A DNA stretch of 64,000 nucleotides, taken from IMG/VR virus record IMGVR_UViG_3300025120_000038; one strand, 5' to 3'. Each line of letters opens with the position of its first letter. Positions within the stretch are counted from its first letter, which is position 1. Of this stretch, positions 63,192-64,000 are shown in pieces. This DNA comes from an uncultured virus (IMG/VR IMGVR_UViG_3300025120_000038). Lineage: Duplodnaviria; Heunggongvirae; Uroviricota; Caudoviricetes. The position numbers and the translations under genes were made by a program. The notes under the pieces were generated by a model. It did no database searches and was not told where the DNA came from. It was given only the letters and a program-made list of their open reading frames with translations.

Positions 63192-63608
63192 TTATTTATG
63201 TTTGTTGTTTCCAAAAACTTTTTCGACACCTCTAGATCCGAAATAGCCCCCAATCACGATTGTTAATAATGAAGTTATTGAGTCTAAAGGATATCCCATA
63301 TACCAACCTACTACATAACTTACTGTTAAAAATACTAATACTAAAGGGCGAACATTAGATGCAAGAAATGATCCAGATCTTGCATCAGCCACCCAACGTC
63401 TTGTTGTGCCGTCAATTTCAGCACGCTCTAATTCTAATTTTTTTAAAGCAATATCTTTATCGGATTCTGACATATCACTTCCGCCTATAATTGCTTTAAT
63501 AACCGATCCAACCGGGGTATCTCCCGCTATTGCACCAACGATGTTAGGAATTTTGTCTAATAAAAATTTCCCTACACCGGTATCTTTAAATTTTTTTTTA
63601 TCACTCAT
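63192..63608 (-). CDS. Holin-like membrane protein (3TM family)
   Basis: RWVAD...NVRPLVL...GGYFGSRGVEK. Confidence 0.7.
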   Translation of the reverse strand: MSDKKKFKDTGVGKFLLDKIPNIVGAIAGDTPVGSVIKAIIGGSDMSESDKDIALKKLELERAEIDGTTRRWVADARSGSFLASNVRPLVLVFLTVSYVVGWYMGYPLDSITSLLTIVIGGYFGSRGVEKVFGNNKHK

Positions 63609-63622
63609 TGTAATGTTATGCT

Positions 63623-64000
63623 TTATACTGTATATGTGCCGGAGCCATGAAATCTTAATATTGTATACCCAGGAACAGAGGTCGTGTCTGCTGTATATGT
63701 TCCTTGCGCATTTCCGCTAAAATTAGCATTTAAAATTTTTAATATTACTACCCCAGAGCCTCCGCTACCTCCATAAGATTGATTACCCCAGTAAGAACTA
63801 GCACCAGCACCACCCCCGGTTCCAGTATTAGCATTACCACTATTTCCGTAATATTGAGAAATAGTTCCACTAGAATGTGGATAAAATCCATTTCCTCCTG
63901 AAGCCCCTGTGTTTCCTCCATAGCCATATCCACTTCCTCCACCAGGAGAGTATACAATAGCATTTCCTGTTATTGAATTACTAATACCATCACCTCCGTC
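63623..64000 (-). CDS. Glycine-rich tail fibre protein (5' end outside window)
   Basis: Read by hand: ..GGDGISNSITG...ANTGTGGG...GGSGVVILK...FHGSGTYTV*. Confidence 0.75.
   Translation of the reverse strand, partial: DGGDGISNSITGNAIVYSPGGGSGYGYGGNTGASGGNGFYPHSSGTISQYYGNSGNANTGTGGGAGASSYWGNQSYGGSGGSGVVILKILNANFSGNAQGTYTADTTSVPGYTILRFHGSGTYTV

Noticed and set aside
1..64000. Stop-codon reassignment, introns/inteins, integrase or transposons
   Set aside because: Genes are full length in the standard code; TerL, NrdA and the helicase are uninterrupted; no recombinase or transposase motifs seen

Overview
A 64-kb stretch of an AT-rich tailed dsDNA phage. It is most likely a podovirus of aquatic Bacteroidota: there are no Shine-Dalgarno motifs, start contexts are A-rich, and the TerL-portal-scaffold-MCP-tail order is crAss-like. 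Minus-strand left arm (1-19.6 kb): tail/fibre genes, GroEL/GroES and small basic proteins. A divergent non-coding switch lies at 19.6-20.1 kb. Plus-strand module (20.1-36.2 kb): early genes, tRNA-fMet, a phage sigma factor, ERF, exonuclease, SSB, primase-helicase, a thymidylate-synthase homologue, MazG and RNR, with no DNA polymerase visible. Minus-strand right arm (36.2-64 kb): giant internal virion protein, tail, head, terminase and lysis genes. Main signals: (1) a hidden layer of genes overprinted in the +1 frame of essential genes (primase-helicase, TS, nrdB, nrdA, scaffold, TerL), often with local synonymous-codon shifts that keep that frame open, including a nested lipoprotein-like ORF and two natural-looking small basic proteins. 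(2) A TS homologue with Asp at the dUMP-specificity Asn, next to MazG-type enzymes, suggesting modified-cytosine synthesis. (3) A recurrent S-P-hydrophobic tag at domain borders of many virion-associated proteins, together with HExxH metalloprotease domains. (4) Seven copies of a fixed-spacing bipartite promoter and two copies of a second motif. (5) A 16-Cys fibre protein clustered with a glutaredoxin-like and a CGC-motif protein. All calls come from reading motifs by eye; no database searches were run.
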